A stretch of 64,000 bases of DNA, taken from an uncultured Chloroflexia bacterium. GTDB taxonomy: Bacteria > Chloroflexota > Anaerolineae > CG2-30-64-16. A model generated the notes under the pieces. It ran no database searches. It had not been told where the DNA came from and saw nothing but the letters and a program-made list of their open reading frames with translations. Shown here in pieces: positions 43,153 through 53,806 of the stretch; the first letter of the stretch is position 1; each line of letters opens with the position of its first letter. Where the stretch lies: assembly GCA_963774265.1 (NCBI GenBank), contig CAVZDU010000008.1:96001-160000 (forward strand), given 5' to 3'. The position numbers and the translations under genes were made by a program.

Positions 43153-44319
43153 ATGGATTTTACGATTCCCAAGCACTTGCAGCTGTTCCGCCAAATGGTG
43201 CATGAATTCGCTGAACAAGAAGTGCGCCCCAAAGCCAAGCAAATCGACGTGCTGAGTCTGCCGGACATGGACCTCGTCCGCAAGCTCGGCGAGAATGGCC
43301 TTCTGGGGGTTCCCTTCCCGCTCAAATACGGCGGCGGGGGCCTGGGAGAGCTCGGCTACTGTCTGATGATGGAAGTCATGGGCGGTGTGTGCACCTCAAC
43401 CGCCACCACCATCGGCGCACATATCGGAATTGGCGTTATGTCGATCTACCTGGGCGGGAACGAGGAACAGAAGCAGAAGTACCTGCCCGACCTCTGCAAC
43501 GCCCGCAAGATTGCGGCGTTCTGCCTCACCGAACCCGGCGCCGGATCAGATGCCGCTGCGATCAAGACGCGCGCCATCAAGGATGGCAGCAACTGGATCA
43601 TCACCGGCAACAAGATCTATATCACCAACGGGCCGATTGCCGACGTCCTGACGGTCCTGGCCGTGACCGATCCCTCTCTCGGTGTACGTGGCGGTGTGAC
43701 CGCTTTCGTCGTCGAGAAGGCCATGGACGGCGTTTCGGTGGGCTCGATCGAACACAAGATGGGCATCCACGGCAGCGCCACGTCCGAAATGGTCTTCGAC
43801 GAGGTGGTCGTGCCGTCTGCCAACGTGCTCGGCCAGGTGGGCGCAGGCTTCGTGACGTTCATGGCCAGCCTGGACTGCGGCCGCCTGGGTCTCGGCGCTG
43901 CGTGCCTGGGTGGCGCCCAGGCCGCCTTGGACAGCATGTGCAAGTTTGCGGCGGCCCGCCGGCAGTTCGGCCGGCAGATCGGCGAAAAGCAGATGATCCA
44001 ATGGATTATTGCCGACACAGCAGCCGAGGTCGAAGCGCTGCGCTCGATGGTCTACCGCACCGCATGGTTGGTGGATACCCATCAGCCGTTCACCAAGGAA
44101 GCCGCGATCTGCAAGATGTACGGCTCCGAAGTGGCTTCGCGCGCGATCAACAAGGCCCTGCAGGTGCACGGCGCCTTGGGCTATAATCGTGACTTTCCGC
44201 TGGAGCGCAATTGGCGCGACGCTCGCATTGCCGAGATCTTCGAAGGCACCAACGAGATCCAGCGCATCGTCATCGCCGGGCAGGTGCTCCGGCCGTATGG
44301 CGTCAGGGTCGGGACCTAA
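43153..44319 (+). CDS. Acyl-CoA dehydrogenase
   Basis: CLTEPGAGSD, GNKIYITNG, WRDARIAEIFEGTNEIQR. Confidence 0.92.
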   Translation: MDFTIPKHLQLFRQMVHEFAEQEVRPKAKQIDVLSLPDMDLVRKLGENGLLGVPFPLKYGGGGLGELGYCLMMEVMGGVCTSTATTIGAHIGIGVMSIYLGGNEEQKQKYLPDLCNARKIAAFCLTEPGAGSDAAAIKTRAIKDGSNWIITGNKIYITNGPIADVLTVLAVTDPSLGVRGGVTAFVVEKAMDGVSVGSIEHKMGIHGSATSEMVFDEVVVPSANVLGQVGAGFVTFMASLDCGRLGLGAACLGGAQAALDSMCKFAAARRQFGRQIGEKQMIQWIIADTAAEVEALRSMVYRTAWLVDTHQPFTKEAAICKMYGSEVASRAINKALQVHGALGYNRDFPLERNWRDARIAEIFEGTNEIQRIVIAGQVLRPYGVRVGT

Positions 44320-44329
44320 GGAGAGAGCT

Positions 44330-45100
44330 ATGCGAATCATCGTATGCGTAAATCAAGGGCTTGACCCAAAGACAGTGAAGGTCTCCCGGAGCCGCGAGGA
44401 ATTCGACCTGCGCGAGGCCGTGCCCATCACGCACCTCGAGGACAAAGTCGCTCTTGAGGCTGCCCTGCGCCTCCGTGAGACTGAAGGCGGAGAGGTGATT
44501 GCTTTAACGGTGGGCCAACCGATCGCCGAGGATGCAGCACACGAAGCGGTTGCGATGGGCGCCGACAAGGCCGTCTTCGTTCCTGCACCTGGCCAGCTCT
44601 CCGGCAAGAGTGCGACCACCCTCGTCCTGGCGGCCATCGCGCGGCTGGGTGGTGCAGACCTGATTCTGGCAGGCCGTGCCCCAGCGCTGGATCCGGTGGG
44701 TCCCCTGGCGCCGCGGCTGGCAGCCGCGCTCGGCATTCAACTGCTGATCGATGTGGTCTCGTTCGAGGCCGGCGCTGATAGCCTGACGGCATTGGTCTCC
44801 CGTGACGAAGCAGGTATACACATGCCGGTCACTTTGCCGGCCGTCGCTGAGGTGGTGCGGGGCGCCGACCGACCGCGCTACCCTCACCCATCGCGAATCG
44901 CCATTGCCTGGGATCCAGGCCTGGTTGAGACCTGGACCCTCGCAGATCTGGGAATCACTGAGGACGCGCTCATGGCCGATTCGGAGCCTGGAAACCTGGT
45001 CCTGGGCGCCGAACGACAACGGGGGCAGACCATCAGCGGCGGACCGGCGGCGGCCGCGGCAGAGTTGATGGGAATCCTGCGAGCCAGGCGGCTAATCTAA
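44330..45100 (+). CDS. Divergent ETF beta-subunit-like protein
   Basis: MRIIVCV, ALEAALRLRE, AMGADKA, DLILAG, PRYP. Confidence 0.75.
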   Translation: MRIIVCVNQGLDPKTVKVSRSREEFDLREAVPITHLEDKVALEAALRLRETEGGEVIALTVGQPIAEDAAHEAVAMGADKAVFVPAPGQLSGKSATTLVLAAIARLGGADLILAGRAPALDPVGPLAPRLAAALGIQLLIDVVSFEAGADSLTALVSRDEAGIHMPVTLPAVAEVVRGADRPRYPHPSRIAIAWDPGLVETWTLADLGITEDALMADSEPGNLVLGAERQRGQTISGGPAAAAAELMGILRARRLI

Positions 45101-45111
45101 GGAGACGACAT

Positions 45112-46113
45112 ATGGGCATGGATCTTTCAGATCTGCAGGCCCTGATGGGCGGATCGTTTGATGAGCCAGTGGGCGACACCGGTGGCGTGTGGGTGGTGAC
45201 GCCTGATGGCACAATCGACGATGGGATATTGCGCCTGATCGGCAAGGCGCGCGTGGTGGCAGATGCTTTAGGGGGCTATGTATCCATACTGGCTGGCTGC
45301 GGCGCAGCGGGTGGCGACACTGAAACCGCCATTCGCGCGGGAGGGGACAAGATCTTCACCGCAGGAGGCATCCCTGCGCTGTCCGATCTGGCCGAGTTCT
45401 TGGGAGAACGTGCCCCACAAGTAGTGCTATTCCCGCGCACGCAACTTGGCCGATCGCTGGCGCCCGGACTCGCTCAAATGATGGGAGGCAGCCTATGCGG
45501 CTTCGCAGCCGACCTGGCCGTCGATCCGATCTACCAGCGCATCGTAGCGCACCAACCCGTTCTTGAGGATGCCGCGCGCATGACGCTGAACCTCCTCAGC
45601 ACCCCTGCGATCGTCGCGGTAGACACTTCCCTATTGCCAGCCGCATTCAACGAACCGTGGCGCCACGGTGAAGTATCAGATACCGGGCTGTCTTGGGCCG
45701 AGCCGCTCTTCTACGATATCGCAGACCTGCCCAGGCGGCCCAAAACGCTACAAAACGCCTCAGTGGTTGTAATAGCAGGAATGGGACTGGTCGAAGAAAC
45801 GGGATTTGAAGCAGCGAGGCAATTGGCCGAGAGATTAGGTGGGGTGATTGCTGGCGATGTGACGGCGCTGGATGCAGGCTGGATCGGTGAAGAGCAATTG
45901 GTGGGCGTTACCGGCTTCACCGTGGCGCCGAAGCTGTGCATTGCCCTGGGCGTCGAGGGTGACACGGGCTTCTTCATGGGCATCGCCGATGCGGGTTGCC
46001 TGGTGGCCGTCCAGTCAGATCCCACAGCGCCCATCGTACCGATGGCGGACTACAACGTCATCGGAGATCCGGCAGAATTTGCCCGTGCTTTTGCGAGCGA
46101 GCTACACAACTAG
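45112..46113 (+). CDS. Divergent ETF alpha-subunit-like protein
   Basis: A.VVVIAGMG, LDAGW, VGVTGFTVAPKL.IALG, APIV. Confidence 0.72.
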   Translation: MGMDLSDLQALMGGSFDEPVGDTGGVWVVTPDGTIDDGILRLIGKARVVADALGGYVSILAGCGAAGGDTETAIRAGGDKIFTAGGIPALSDLAEFLGERAPQVVLFPRTQLGRSLAPGLAQMMGGSLCGFAADLAVDPIYQRIVAHQPVLEDAARMTLNLLSTPAIVAVDTSLLPAAFNEPWRHGEVSDTGLSWAEPLFYDIADLPRRPKTLQNASVVVIAGMGLVEETGFEAARQLAERLGGVIAGDVTALDAGWIGEEQLVGVTGFTVAPKLCIALGVEGDTGFFMGIADAGCLVAVQSDPTAPIVPMADYNVIGDPAEFARAFASELHN

Positions 46114-46131
46114 GTTCAGATTATCGTGGCG

Positions 46132-46171
46132 AGAAACCAGGTTTCACATCGATGGCGGAAACCTGGTTTCT
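46132..46171. terminator. REP-like hairpin between convergent genes
   Basis: AGAAACCAGGTTTC / GAAACCTGGTTTCT arms followed by a T-rich tract. Confidence 0.6.
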
Positions 46172-46178
46172 TTCCATC

Positions 46179-46487
46179 CTACCATTGAAACCCCCCTTTG
46201 AAGCGCACGATACGACGGGTCATATCTCCCGTGTACCCCTCCAGGCGTCTCATCATGGTCTGCCACTCATCTGTCTCCATGGCACGATGGACGGTGGACA
46301 GGTCGTCGGCAACGAAGCCGATCAACCGCGCCGGATAGCTGCCATATGCAGTATGCCAGGCATCGGTAGGTGTCAGGCCCAATTCCTGCGCCTTTGGCAG
46401 GAACTCCTCCATCACGAAACGACGATAGGCGTTTTCGTGGCCTGACCGGATGTTGTAAGCTAGCAGGAGTTTGACTTGTTCGCTCAT
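46179..46487 (-). CDS. Hypothetical protein (possible alpha+beta barrel/NIPSNAP-like)
   Basis: Natural composition; AWHTAYG.YP motif; 1 nt from the upstream gene. Confidence 0.6.
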   Translation of the reverse strand: MSEQVKLLLAYNIRSGHENAYRRFVMEEFLPKAQELGLTPTDAWHTAYGSYPARLIGFVADDLSTVHRAMETDEWQTMMRRLEGYTGDMTRRIVRFKGGFQW

Positions 46488-46488
46488 C

Positions 46489-46713
46489 TTATATCAGCGT
46501 CTTCATGCGCAGCATGTGGTCGGTCAGCCCGCGCAACGCGTTCGCTGCGCCGGCCTTGCCGTCCACTTCCAACTGTCGCACGGCTGCATCCGCCGTGCTG
46601 AAAAAGACCCCATCCAGAGAAGACAAGTGCAGGCTTACTAATTGCATCAACTCATCATCATCCTTCGCCTTCAATAGTCTCTTAATCAGGTCCAGCGCCT
46701 CTTGTTGTGTCAT
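46489..46713 (-). CDS. Small helical hypothetical protein
   Basis: GGAG RBS, amphipathic helices. Confidence 0.55.
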   Translation of the reverse strand: MTQQEALDLIKRLLKAKDDDELMQLVSLHLSSLDGVFFSTADAAVRQLEVDGKAGAANALRGLTDHMLRMKTLI

Positions 46714-46858
46714 CTTCGTGCACTCCAGATATGCCCATTATAGCGGAGGCGATGACGCATGGCAAGCAAATTCCGAGATCCACATCGCAACGGACGAATG
46801 ACGCGGTAACGGGCAGAATCCTGAAGGGCGCCCGCACGTTTAAAGATGTTGATGTCTT

Positions 46859-46887
46859 TTGACACTCAGTTGCAAGCCTAGTATAAT
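46859..46887 (+). promoter_or_regulatory. Consensus sigma70 promoter
   Basis: TTGACA-17bp-TATAAT exact. Confidence 0.75.
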
Positions 46888-46945
46888 AGCCACTTGGCGG
46901 CTGGCAGGCCGCGCAAGTTTTTATACTTCAAGGAGCAGGGACAAC

Positions 46946-47725
46946 GTGGGGCAGGAAGGAAGCGCCCTCAACATTCCGCCGCGCAAGGTCGTTAAGACGC
47001 TCGCAGTGGGCCAGGAAGTCGAGGGAGTCGTAAAACGCGTCACCGAATTCGGTGCGTTCATCGACATTGGCGTTGGCCGTGATGGTCTCGTCCATGTCTC
47101 AGAGATGGCTCAGGGCCGCGTCTCTAAGCCGTCCGACGTAGTCAAAGAAGGCGACAAGGTCCAGGTGTGGATCAAGGAGTTGGACCGGGAAAAAAACCGG
47201 ATCAGCTTGAGCATGATCCAGCCCGGCACCATGACGCTGCGTGACCTCGATGAAGGCGCCATAGTGCGGGGCCGAGTCACTCGCCTCGAACGGTACGGCG
47301 CATTCGTTGATGTTGGGGTCGGCCGCGATGGCATGCTCCACGTCAAAGAAATGGGCCGTGGCTACGTCGAGAAGCCGGAAGACGTCGTCACCGTCGGTGA
47401 TGAGATCGATGTGCAGGTGATTGGACTGGATCGCCGCCGGGGTCGCATCGACCTGAGCATCAAAGAGCTGCTCCCACCAGCCCCTGAGGCCGCACTCGTT
47501 GCGGCTCCACGGGGGATGGCTCGTGAGGAAGACGCCTTCCCCGTCATGGTCGAAGAGCAATTCCTCTCACCCTTTGAGGCCGCTCTCCAGGAGGCCAAAG
47601 GTGATACGGAGCGCCGGCGCGACCGCAAGAAGAAGGTTGCCCGCACCTGGGAGCTCGAGGACGACGAGGAAGAGGGCCTGATCCAGCGCACCATTGCGCA
47701 TCACCGCAAGAGCAAGGGCATGTAA
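46946..47725 (+). CDS. Two-S1-domain RNA-binding protein
   Basis: FGAFIDIG..DGLVHVSE and YGAFVDVG..DGMLHV; charged tail. Confidence 0.85.
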   Translation: MGQEGSALNIPPRKVVKTLAVGQEVEGVVKRVTEFGAFIDIGVGRDGLVHVSEMAQGRVSKPSDVVKEGDKVQVWIKELDREKNRISLSMIQPGTMTLRDLDEGAIVRGRVTRLERYGAFVDVGVGRDGMLHVKEMGRGYVEKPEDVVTVGDEIDVQVIGLDRRRGRIDLSIKELLPPAPEAALVAAPRGMAREEDAFPVMVEEQFLSPFEAALQEAKGDTERRRDRKKKVARTWELEDDEEEGLIQRTIAHHRKSKGM

Positions 47726-47762
47726 CCCTCGCCCCAGATCATTCCGGGACTCTATAAGAAAT

Positions 47763-47798
47763 AAAGCCGGAGCCGACACCCTGCCGACTCCGGCTTTT
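47763..47798. terminator. Bidirectional intrinsic terminator
   Basis: AAAGCCGGAG/CTCCGGCTTTT between convergent genes. Confidence 0.65.
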
Positions 47799-47821
47799 CC
47801 GCGTTCTATAATGCCGTCTTC

Positions 47822-49096
47822 CTATGAATCCAAGACGACAGATACGATCTCGCCCGCCGGGATGCCGTTGCTGTTCAGCGCCACCTCAACCACTCCCTCT
47901 GACCGAACCAAAGTGAAGATCAGGTTCGATTTACCGAACACCGGCACAGCCCACAACTCCTCGTCCCGCTCCTCCAGCCGCACTCGCACGAAATCCGCTC
48001 GGCCGCTCCCCGCCGGGATGTTGCGCGCCAGTCGCGCGCTGATGATGTGCTGCCGCGGCGGCCGGGCGCCGAGCATCATGCGGATGGTGGGAATCACAAA
48101 CACCTTGAATATATTAATACACGATACCGGGTTGCCCGGCAGTCCGAACACCGGCTTGCCCTCGCAGAGCGCTAGGATCGTCGGCTTGCCTGGCCGGATC
48201 GCCACGCCATGCACCAGCACTCCCGGCGGCCCAAGCCTGTTGATGGCTCCCGCAGTCAGATCGCGATAGCTGACCGAACTGCCGGCCGTGATCACAACCA
48301 CGTCTGCCTCTGCAAACGCAGCGCCGACTATCGCGTCCAGCTCGGTTTCCGTGTCCGGCGCTATCGAGTAGTTCAACGGCACGCCCCCGACCTGGCGCAC
48401 CAAGCCCGCCAACGTGTAGCTGTTGACATCGCGCACCTGGCCCGGGCCTGGCTCCTGCTCGGGCGGCACCACTTCGTCCCCCTGGCTCACAATGCCCACC
48501 CGTGGGCGCCGCGCAACAACCACCTCGATGATGCCCACGGCTAAAAGTCCGCCGATATCCTGGGGTCGCAACGTGTGTCCCGCCTGGAGGACAACCTCCC
48601 CGGCCCGTACATCTTCGCCCGGGAAAATGCAGCTGTCTCCGCTTGCCACCGGCTTATGGACCTCAATCGCATGAGCGTCAAAGCCGGGCTGCAGAGCGAT
48701 CCCTCCGAACATGGGCGCGCCTGCGGGGTTGGTCTGCTCAATCATCACCACCGCATCCGCGCCGTCGGGGACCATACCCCCAGTATGCACCAACGCCGCC
48801 TGCCCTGGGCCAAGCCGGAATTGCACCAGCTGGCCCATCGGCGTCTCCGCGACCACATCCAGGTACGCCGGCATACCGCTCGACGCCCCGTGAGTATCAG
48901 CAGCCCACACAGCGTAACCGTCGACAGTGCTGCGGACAAACGTGGGCAGCTCGTGTGGTGCGATCGCAGCCTCTGCCAGCACACGGCCCTGTGCATCGGC
49001 CACCCGAATCCGTTCGATCAGAACAACAGGTTTGAACTGCGCCGCGAACACCGCCCACGCTTCTTCACCAGTCAACAGGTTGAGGAATTGCGCCAT
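47822..49096 (-). CDS. moeA: Molybdopterin molybdenumtransferase
   Basis: RSTVDGYAV, TGGMVPDGADAVVMIE, RPGKPT, GLPGNPVS. Confidence 0.92.
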   Translation of the reverse strand: MAQFLNLLTGEEAWAVFAAQFKPVVLIERIRVADAQGRVLAEAAIAPHELPTFVRSTVDGYAVWAADTHGASSGMPAYLDVVAETPMGQLVQFRLGPGQAALVHTGGMVPDGADAVVMIEQTNPAGAPMFGGIALQPGFDAHAIEVHKPVASGDSCIFPGEDVRAGEVVLQAGHTLRPQDIGGLLAVGIIEVVVARRPRVGIVSQGDEVVPPEQEPGPGQVRDVNSYTLAGLVRQVGGVPLNYSIAPDTETELDAIVGAAFAEADVVVITAGSSVSYRDLTAGAINRLGPPGVLVHGVAIRPGKPTILALCEGKPVFGLPGNPVSCINIFKVFVIPTIRMMLGARPPRQHIISARLARNIPAGSGRADFVRVRLEERDEELWAVPVFGKSNLIFTLVRSEGVVEVALNSNGIPAGEIVSVVLDS

Positions 49097-49100
49097 CGGA

Positions 49101-49892
49101 CTAACGACTGCCCCCACTCAGGAGGGCCAACAAGCCTAAGGGGAGGAACAGGAATGCAAGCACGACGAGCAACGTCACGACAGGCAGGAACACCGCCAGC
49201 ACCGCTCTCCCCCGAGACAGCTGGTGGCTGGCAGCGGTCGCCACAACGTAGATCACGAGGCCCCAAAGCCAGGCGACGACGCCCAAGACGCTGCCCAAGG
49301 CCGGCACGCTCGAGAAGACAGTCAGGACATGCGGCGCTGCAAAGAAGGCGGTTGCCCCGAAGAACCCGTGCAACGTGCCGCGACCGCCGAGCAGTTTGGC
49401 AACCAGCATGACCCAGACACCGTAACCGAGCCACGTCGCCAACGTGGCGGTCGCCAATGGCCAGGGACTATTCGCAAAGGGACGCGAAAGCCATCCGCCC
49501 AGGGCCATAAACCCTTGCGCCAGTGGTCGCGGGAGGGCCGTGTCTGCCTGCTGCACCTGTGCCGCGATGCTCCCGGCCAGCAGCACGTTGTTCTCTATCT
49601 GGCTCAGGATCCGATCGAGCATGTCCGCAGGCACCCCTGCACTTTGCAGCCAAGGCCGGATCGTCGCGAGCGGTTCAGTCAGGCTATCCTGCAAATCGCT
49701 CGGTTCGACGACTGCAGGCGGGCCAAAACCGTCGATCACGTTGCCGACAGCAGCGGGGAGGCCGACCAACAACGCGGCGGCCAATATCACGAGGAGCCCT
49801 CGCAGGAATGCATCCGGACGGGCAGCCACACGCGTGAAGGCGGCTGAACGGAGCAGAAGGGCATCGAGAATGTCAAGCAACCAGGCCTTCAT
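49101..49892 (-). CDS. Yip1-family membrane protein
   Basis: AKLLGGRG, AAPHVL, HQLSRGRAV; about 5 TM segments. Confidence 0.7.
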   Translation of the reverse strand: MKAWLLDILDALLLRSAAFTRVAARPDAFLRGLLVILAAALLVGLPAAVGNVIDGFGPPAVVEPSDLQDSLTEPLATIRPWLQSAGVPADMLDRILSQIENNVLLAGSIAAQVQQADTALPRPLAQGFMALGGWLSRPFANSPWPLATATLATWLGYGVWVMLVAKLLGGRGTLHGFFGATAFFAAPHVLTVFSSVPALGSVLGVVAWLWGLVIYVVATAASHQLSRGRAVLAVFLPVVTLLVVLAFLFLPLGLLALLSGGSR

Positions 49893-49895
49893 CGC

Positions 49896-50612
49896 TCACC
49901 TCCCAACCACGACGCCTAAGATCAAAGCCAGCGCGATGCTCACCACGAACCAGAAGACCAGGTAGACGGCGTACGGCAAAAGCGTTGCCACCAGTGCGCG
50001 TCCCCACGGCAATTCATGGGCCGAACGAACCGCCTTGTAGCGCAGAATGAGTTGCCAGGTGTTGAGCACCCCTCCCACCACGAGAAATGGGACAAGACCC
50101 AGGCCGCGCAGGAGGAACGGGATAAATGCCAGAGCGACCGTTCCCAGCGTCCCACGAAGCGAGCCGCGCCCCCCCAGCCGGGCTGCAAAGACAAACGCAA
50201 GCAGTCCATAGAGCAGCCAACTCAGAACTAGCCACACCGGCCAGGCCAGGAGATTCAGGGCAGCAGCCGCAGGATCGGGTGCGCCGAATAAACGAGGGAA
50301 GATACGCCACGCCGTATCCCAGACACGTTGAAAGCTCTCGAGCGATGCAGGGTTGCCTGCGAGCGAGGACCACCAGGGCTGTCCCTGCAGCGCATCAAGC
50401 ACAACCCCGCGAACCGCGTCAACGCTCGGCACACTGGCCCACGCCAAAAACTGACCGATCAGCGACAGTAACGCCGCTGAAAAACCGATGAGAACGATCA
50501 GGAATAGGCCTTCGACAAACGGATTATCGTCATCCCGCAGCTCGTCAAAGGCCTCACTGTCAAGGAAAAGCGCCCGGAAAACCAGGCCGAGCGAAAGGGT
50601 TCGGTGGCCCAT
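49896..50612 (-). CDS. Yip1-family membrane protein
   Basis: ARLGGRG, HELPWGRA; paralogous layout to its neighbour. Confidence 0.7.
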   Translation of the reverse strand: MGHRTLSLGLVFRALFLDSEAFDELRDDDNPFVEGLFLIVLIGFSAALLSLIGQFLAWASVPSVDAVRGVVLDALQGQPWWSSLAGNPASLESFQRVWDTAWRIFPRLFGAPDPAAAALNLLAWPVWLVLSWLLYGLLAFVFAARLGGRGSLRGTLGTVALAFIPFLLRGLGLVPFLVVGGVLNTWQLILRYKAVRSAHELPWGRALVATLLPYAVYLVFWFVVSIALALILGVVVGR

Positions 50613-50699
50613 GCACAGCTCCCCTCTTCGTGGTCATCTCCGCCGGCGCGGCACGAATCTGCCGCAAGCTCAACGTTAGTATACCACAAATAGAACCGC

Positions 50700-53342
50700 C
50701 TACGCGTTCAAGATGCGGCGTGCAAACACCTCTTCATCCTCGCGAGCTCACTTCTCCATCTAGTCGCGCCGCGCGCAGTTGCTCGAGGATCTGCCGATAG
50801 ATGCGACCTGGCGGCAACCCCATACGTCGCAGATCATCACCGTCCAGGAGAGGCTGCACGTGCTGCCAGCGCCGCTGGTAGGTGTCGAGGCGTTGACGCA
50901 CCAACCAATCGTCGCATGCCACCCGTAGCACAAGCCTCGCTTCGTCGCTGGATTCTGCGAGAACTACGGTTATGTCACTGGGCCGCGCGGTGTTGGATTT
51001 CAGCGCATCTAGCCGCGCCGCGAGATTGCGCACTTCCAGCGCCAAATCGCGATACGCCTTGCGCAGGTGCAGCCTGTTGAGCACCTCGGTGGTAGCGTCC
51101 GGCGTCAGATTGAACAAGAGCAACGCCAGGTAGAGCCGCGGTGTCGCCTCCGCAGCGATCGCCATGGGCGGTGGCGCCGCACTGAGAGCGCTACGCACGG
51201 CGTCAAGGGTCGTCCGCAGCTCGCCGGCCCTGGCCGAGAACCATGCATCGCAGATCAAACTCGGATGCAGCTTCCGCAAGACCCCTAACCCTTGCAGCCG
51301 GCACAGCGTCCGCTCGGGTTCGGCTTCGGCCAGGATCAGTTCCAGCTCGTGTCGGACACGCTCCGCGCTGACCCGGTCCAGCAAGTCCAGTGCATCTGCT
51401 ATCAACTCTTCGGTGCGCGGCTCAATGGCGAACCCGAAACGCTGCTCGAAACGCGCCGCACGCAGCATGCCGCGTAGGGTCCTCCACGAAGCTCAGGCTA
51501 TGCAACACCCGAATCAGCCCATCTTCAAGATCCTTGCGCCCACCATAGAAATCCAGCAGTTCGCCCCACCTGTCGGGCGTCAGCCGCGCCGCCAAGGTAT
51601 TGATGGTGAAGTCACGGCGATGGAGATCTTGTTTGATGCTACTGCGCTCCACCGTAGGGAGCGCCGTGGGATGCTCGTAAAACTCGGTGCGCGCTGTAAC
51701 AAAATCAAGGGAGTCGGGCAGTCCATTACCCTCCGGTTGAGCAGTCTTGAGCAGATCCCTCAGGCAAAATCCACTTAGCTGTGCCGAACCGTCGGTGGCT
51801 GCGCAACCGCCCACCAATCTGTCGCACCAGTTCCTGGGTGAGCCGAATCGCGTCGCCCTCCACCACCAGATCGACGTCAAAGTTGGGTTGTGACAACAAC
51901 AGATCGCGCACGAATCCGCCCACTACGTACAAAGGATACCCCAGCTCGTGCGCCACAGCGCCGGTGCGCCTGAGCAGTTCCAACTGCGCCTCCGGCAGCG
52001 CATCCCCCATCAGCCCAGCCAACGACTCGACGGGCTGCACCGACGTGGTCGCCCACTGTTTGATGAGGTCTGTGCGCGTGACGATCCCCAGCAGCTCGCC
52101 TGTGACTGGGTCCAACACCGGCACCTGCCCCCAATCGTGCTCGGTCATCACCTTGCGCAGCGCCGTCACCGGGTCGTCAGGCTTCACGAACACCTCTCCA
52201 GGTCGCATGTAGCGACTCACGGAGTGTTTCTCCAAGCCGTGATGCATTGCCCGGTCGATTTCGCGTCGCGTCAACATGCCGACGATCCGGCCGTCCTCAA
52301 CCACCGGAAAACCCTCAAAACCATACCGCTGCATTCTTTCGGCCGCCGCGCCAATTGTGTCGGTGGGCGCCAGGGTCTGCGGCGCGCCATAGGACATGAT
52401 CTGCTCGACCGTGACGCTGGGCCGGATGGCGTTCTGGAGATGATAGACCAGCGACTCATACACACTCGCCAGCGAACCGTCACGGATGAGCGCTGCTGCG
52501 GCTCGGCTGTGCCCGCCGCCGCCGAAGGCCGCCGCAATCTTTCCTACATGGATTGCATCGCTGGTGCTGCGGGCCACCAACTGAATGTAATCCCCCATCT
52601 CAACCAGCATGAACAACGCATCTGGCTCATAGAGATCACGCAGCTTGTGAGCCAACGTAGAGATTTCATCCACGGGGGTAACCACCCGCGCGCTGGCAAT
52701 AATAACCGCATGGTCATTGAACTGATACGGCTGGCTGTTATCGGCCAGCTGCTGATAGAGCTCGCGTTGCTCATCCGTGAGGGGGTGGTTGAGGTGTTTG
52801 TCCATCACCAGCAGATTAGCCCCGCGCTCCAACAGCCAACCGGCCGCACGAAGATCGCGTGCTGTCGTGGTCTGATAGCTCAACGCGCCAGTGTCCTCAT
52901 AGATGCCCAGCATCAACAGCGTGGCATCGACCGGCGTCAGCATCATCCCGACTTCGGCCAGCCGCTCGACCAGCAGCGTAGTCGTGGCGCCCACCTCGTC
53001 CCCGACAAACGACCATCCCTGGGGCAGTTCCCGCACCAGGGGATGATGATCAATGATCTGCACCGGTGTCTGCGTGCTCATCCCGCGAATCGGTTGGACC
53101 GTCTGCGTGTCAACCAGGATCACCTGCTCGATGCGCCGCTTCGGCAGGTCTTCCAGGAGCACAAATGGCAGCATCTCCGCATACTCAGCCAGGAAAGCTT
53201 CCAGGTTCCGGTTCATCTGGCGTGGCAGGACCGGTGTCGCGTTGGGATACAGCCGTGCGGCTGCCAACATGCTGGCCAACGCATCAAAGTCAGTATGCTC
53301 GTGCGTCAGTATGACGGTCACGGTTTGGGTCGGATTGGCCAT
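50700..53342 (-). CDS. cca: DHH/DHHA1-CBS-CCA tRNA nucleotidyltransferase fusion; frameshifted
   Basis: HEHTDFD, IDHH, GGGGH, CBS pair, [33 protein letters not shown]. Confidence 0.85.
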
Positions 53343-53428
53343 CGTCAAGCTCGAATTGTCTACTCAGCCGGATACACAAACGCCCGGCGCGGGGCCGGGC
53401 GTTTGGGCAAAAGTTCAGCAGGGAAGTC

Positions 53429-53767
53429 TCAACGCCGGCGTTGGGCGCATTGGCTGCATAGGGTCGTATGGCTGAGCACCGCCAGGCGCTCCGGTTCGAT
53501 GGGATTGCCACATCGCTCACACCGGCCATAAATGCCCATTTTAAGCTGCTCCAACGCCTCGTCGATCTCCGCCAGATGCTGTCGGGCGCGCTCTCTTAGC
53601 GCAAGGTTGAGTTCCCACTGATAGATCATGGGATCACCCTCACCCAGCTCATAGTCGCCTTTGGTCTCCAGGCGGCTATTGAGTTGATCGAGCTCTTGCA
53701 CCACTTTTGCGCGCTCAGCCTGCAGCCGCTCGCGCGCCTCAGCGATCTCATTCATTTTTTCTGTCAT
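53429..53767 (-). CDS. TraR/DksA C4 zinc-finger protein
   Basis: Coiled coil, YGRCERCG.PI..ERL...LCSQC. Confidence 0.85.
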   Translation of the reverse strand: MTEKMNEIAEARERLQAERAKVVQELDQLNSRLETKGDYELGEGDPMIYQWELNLALRERARQHLAEIDEALEQLKMGIYGRCERCGNPIEPERLAVLSHTTLCSQCAQRRR

Positions 53768-53806
53768 GGTTGTATTGGCGCCACGTCGCGCTCAGCGACC
53801 CAGATC

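Noticed and set aside
51948-53531. Long antisense ORFs (also 2009-3037, 34365-35549, 43546-44340)
   Set aside because: Shadow ORFs opposite well-supported genes, expected in high-GC DNA; no motifs.
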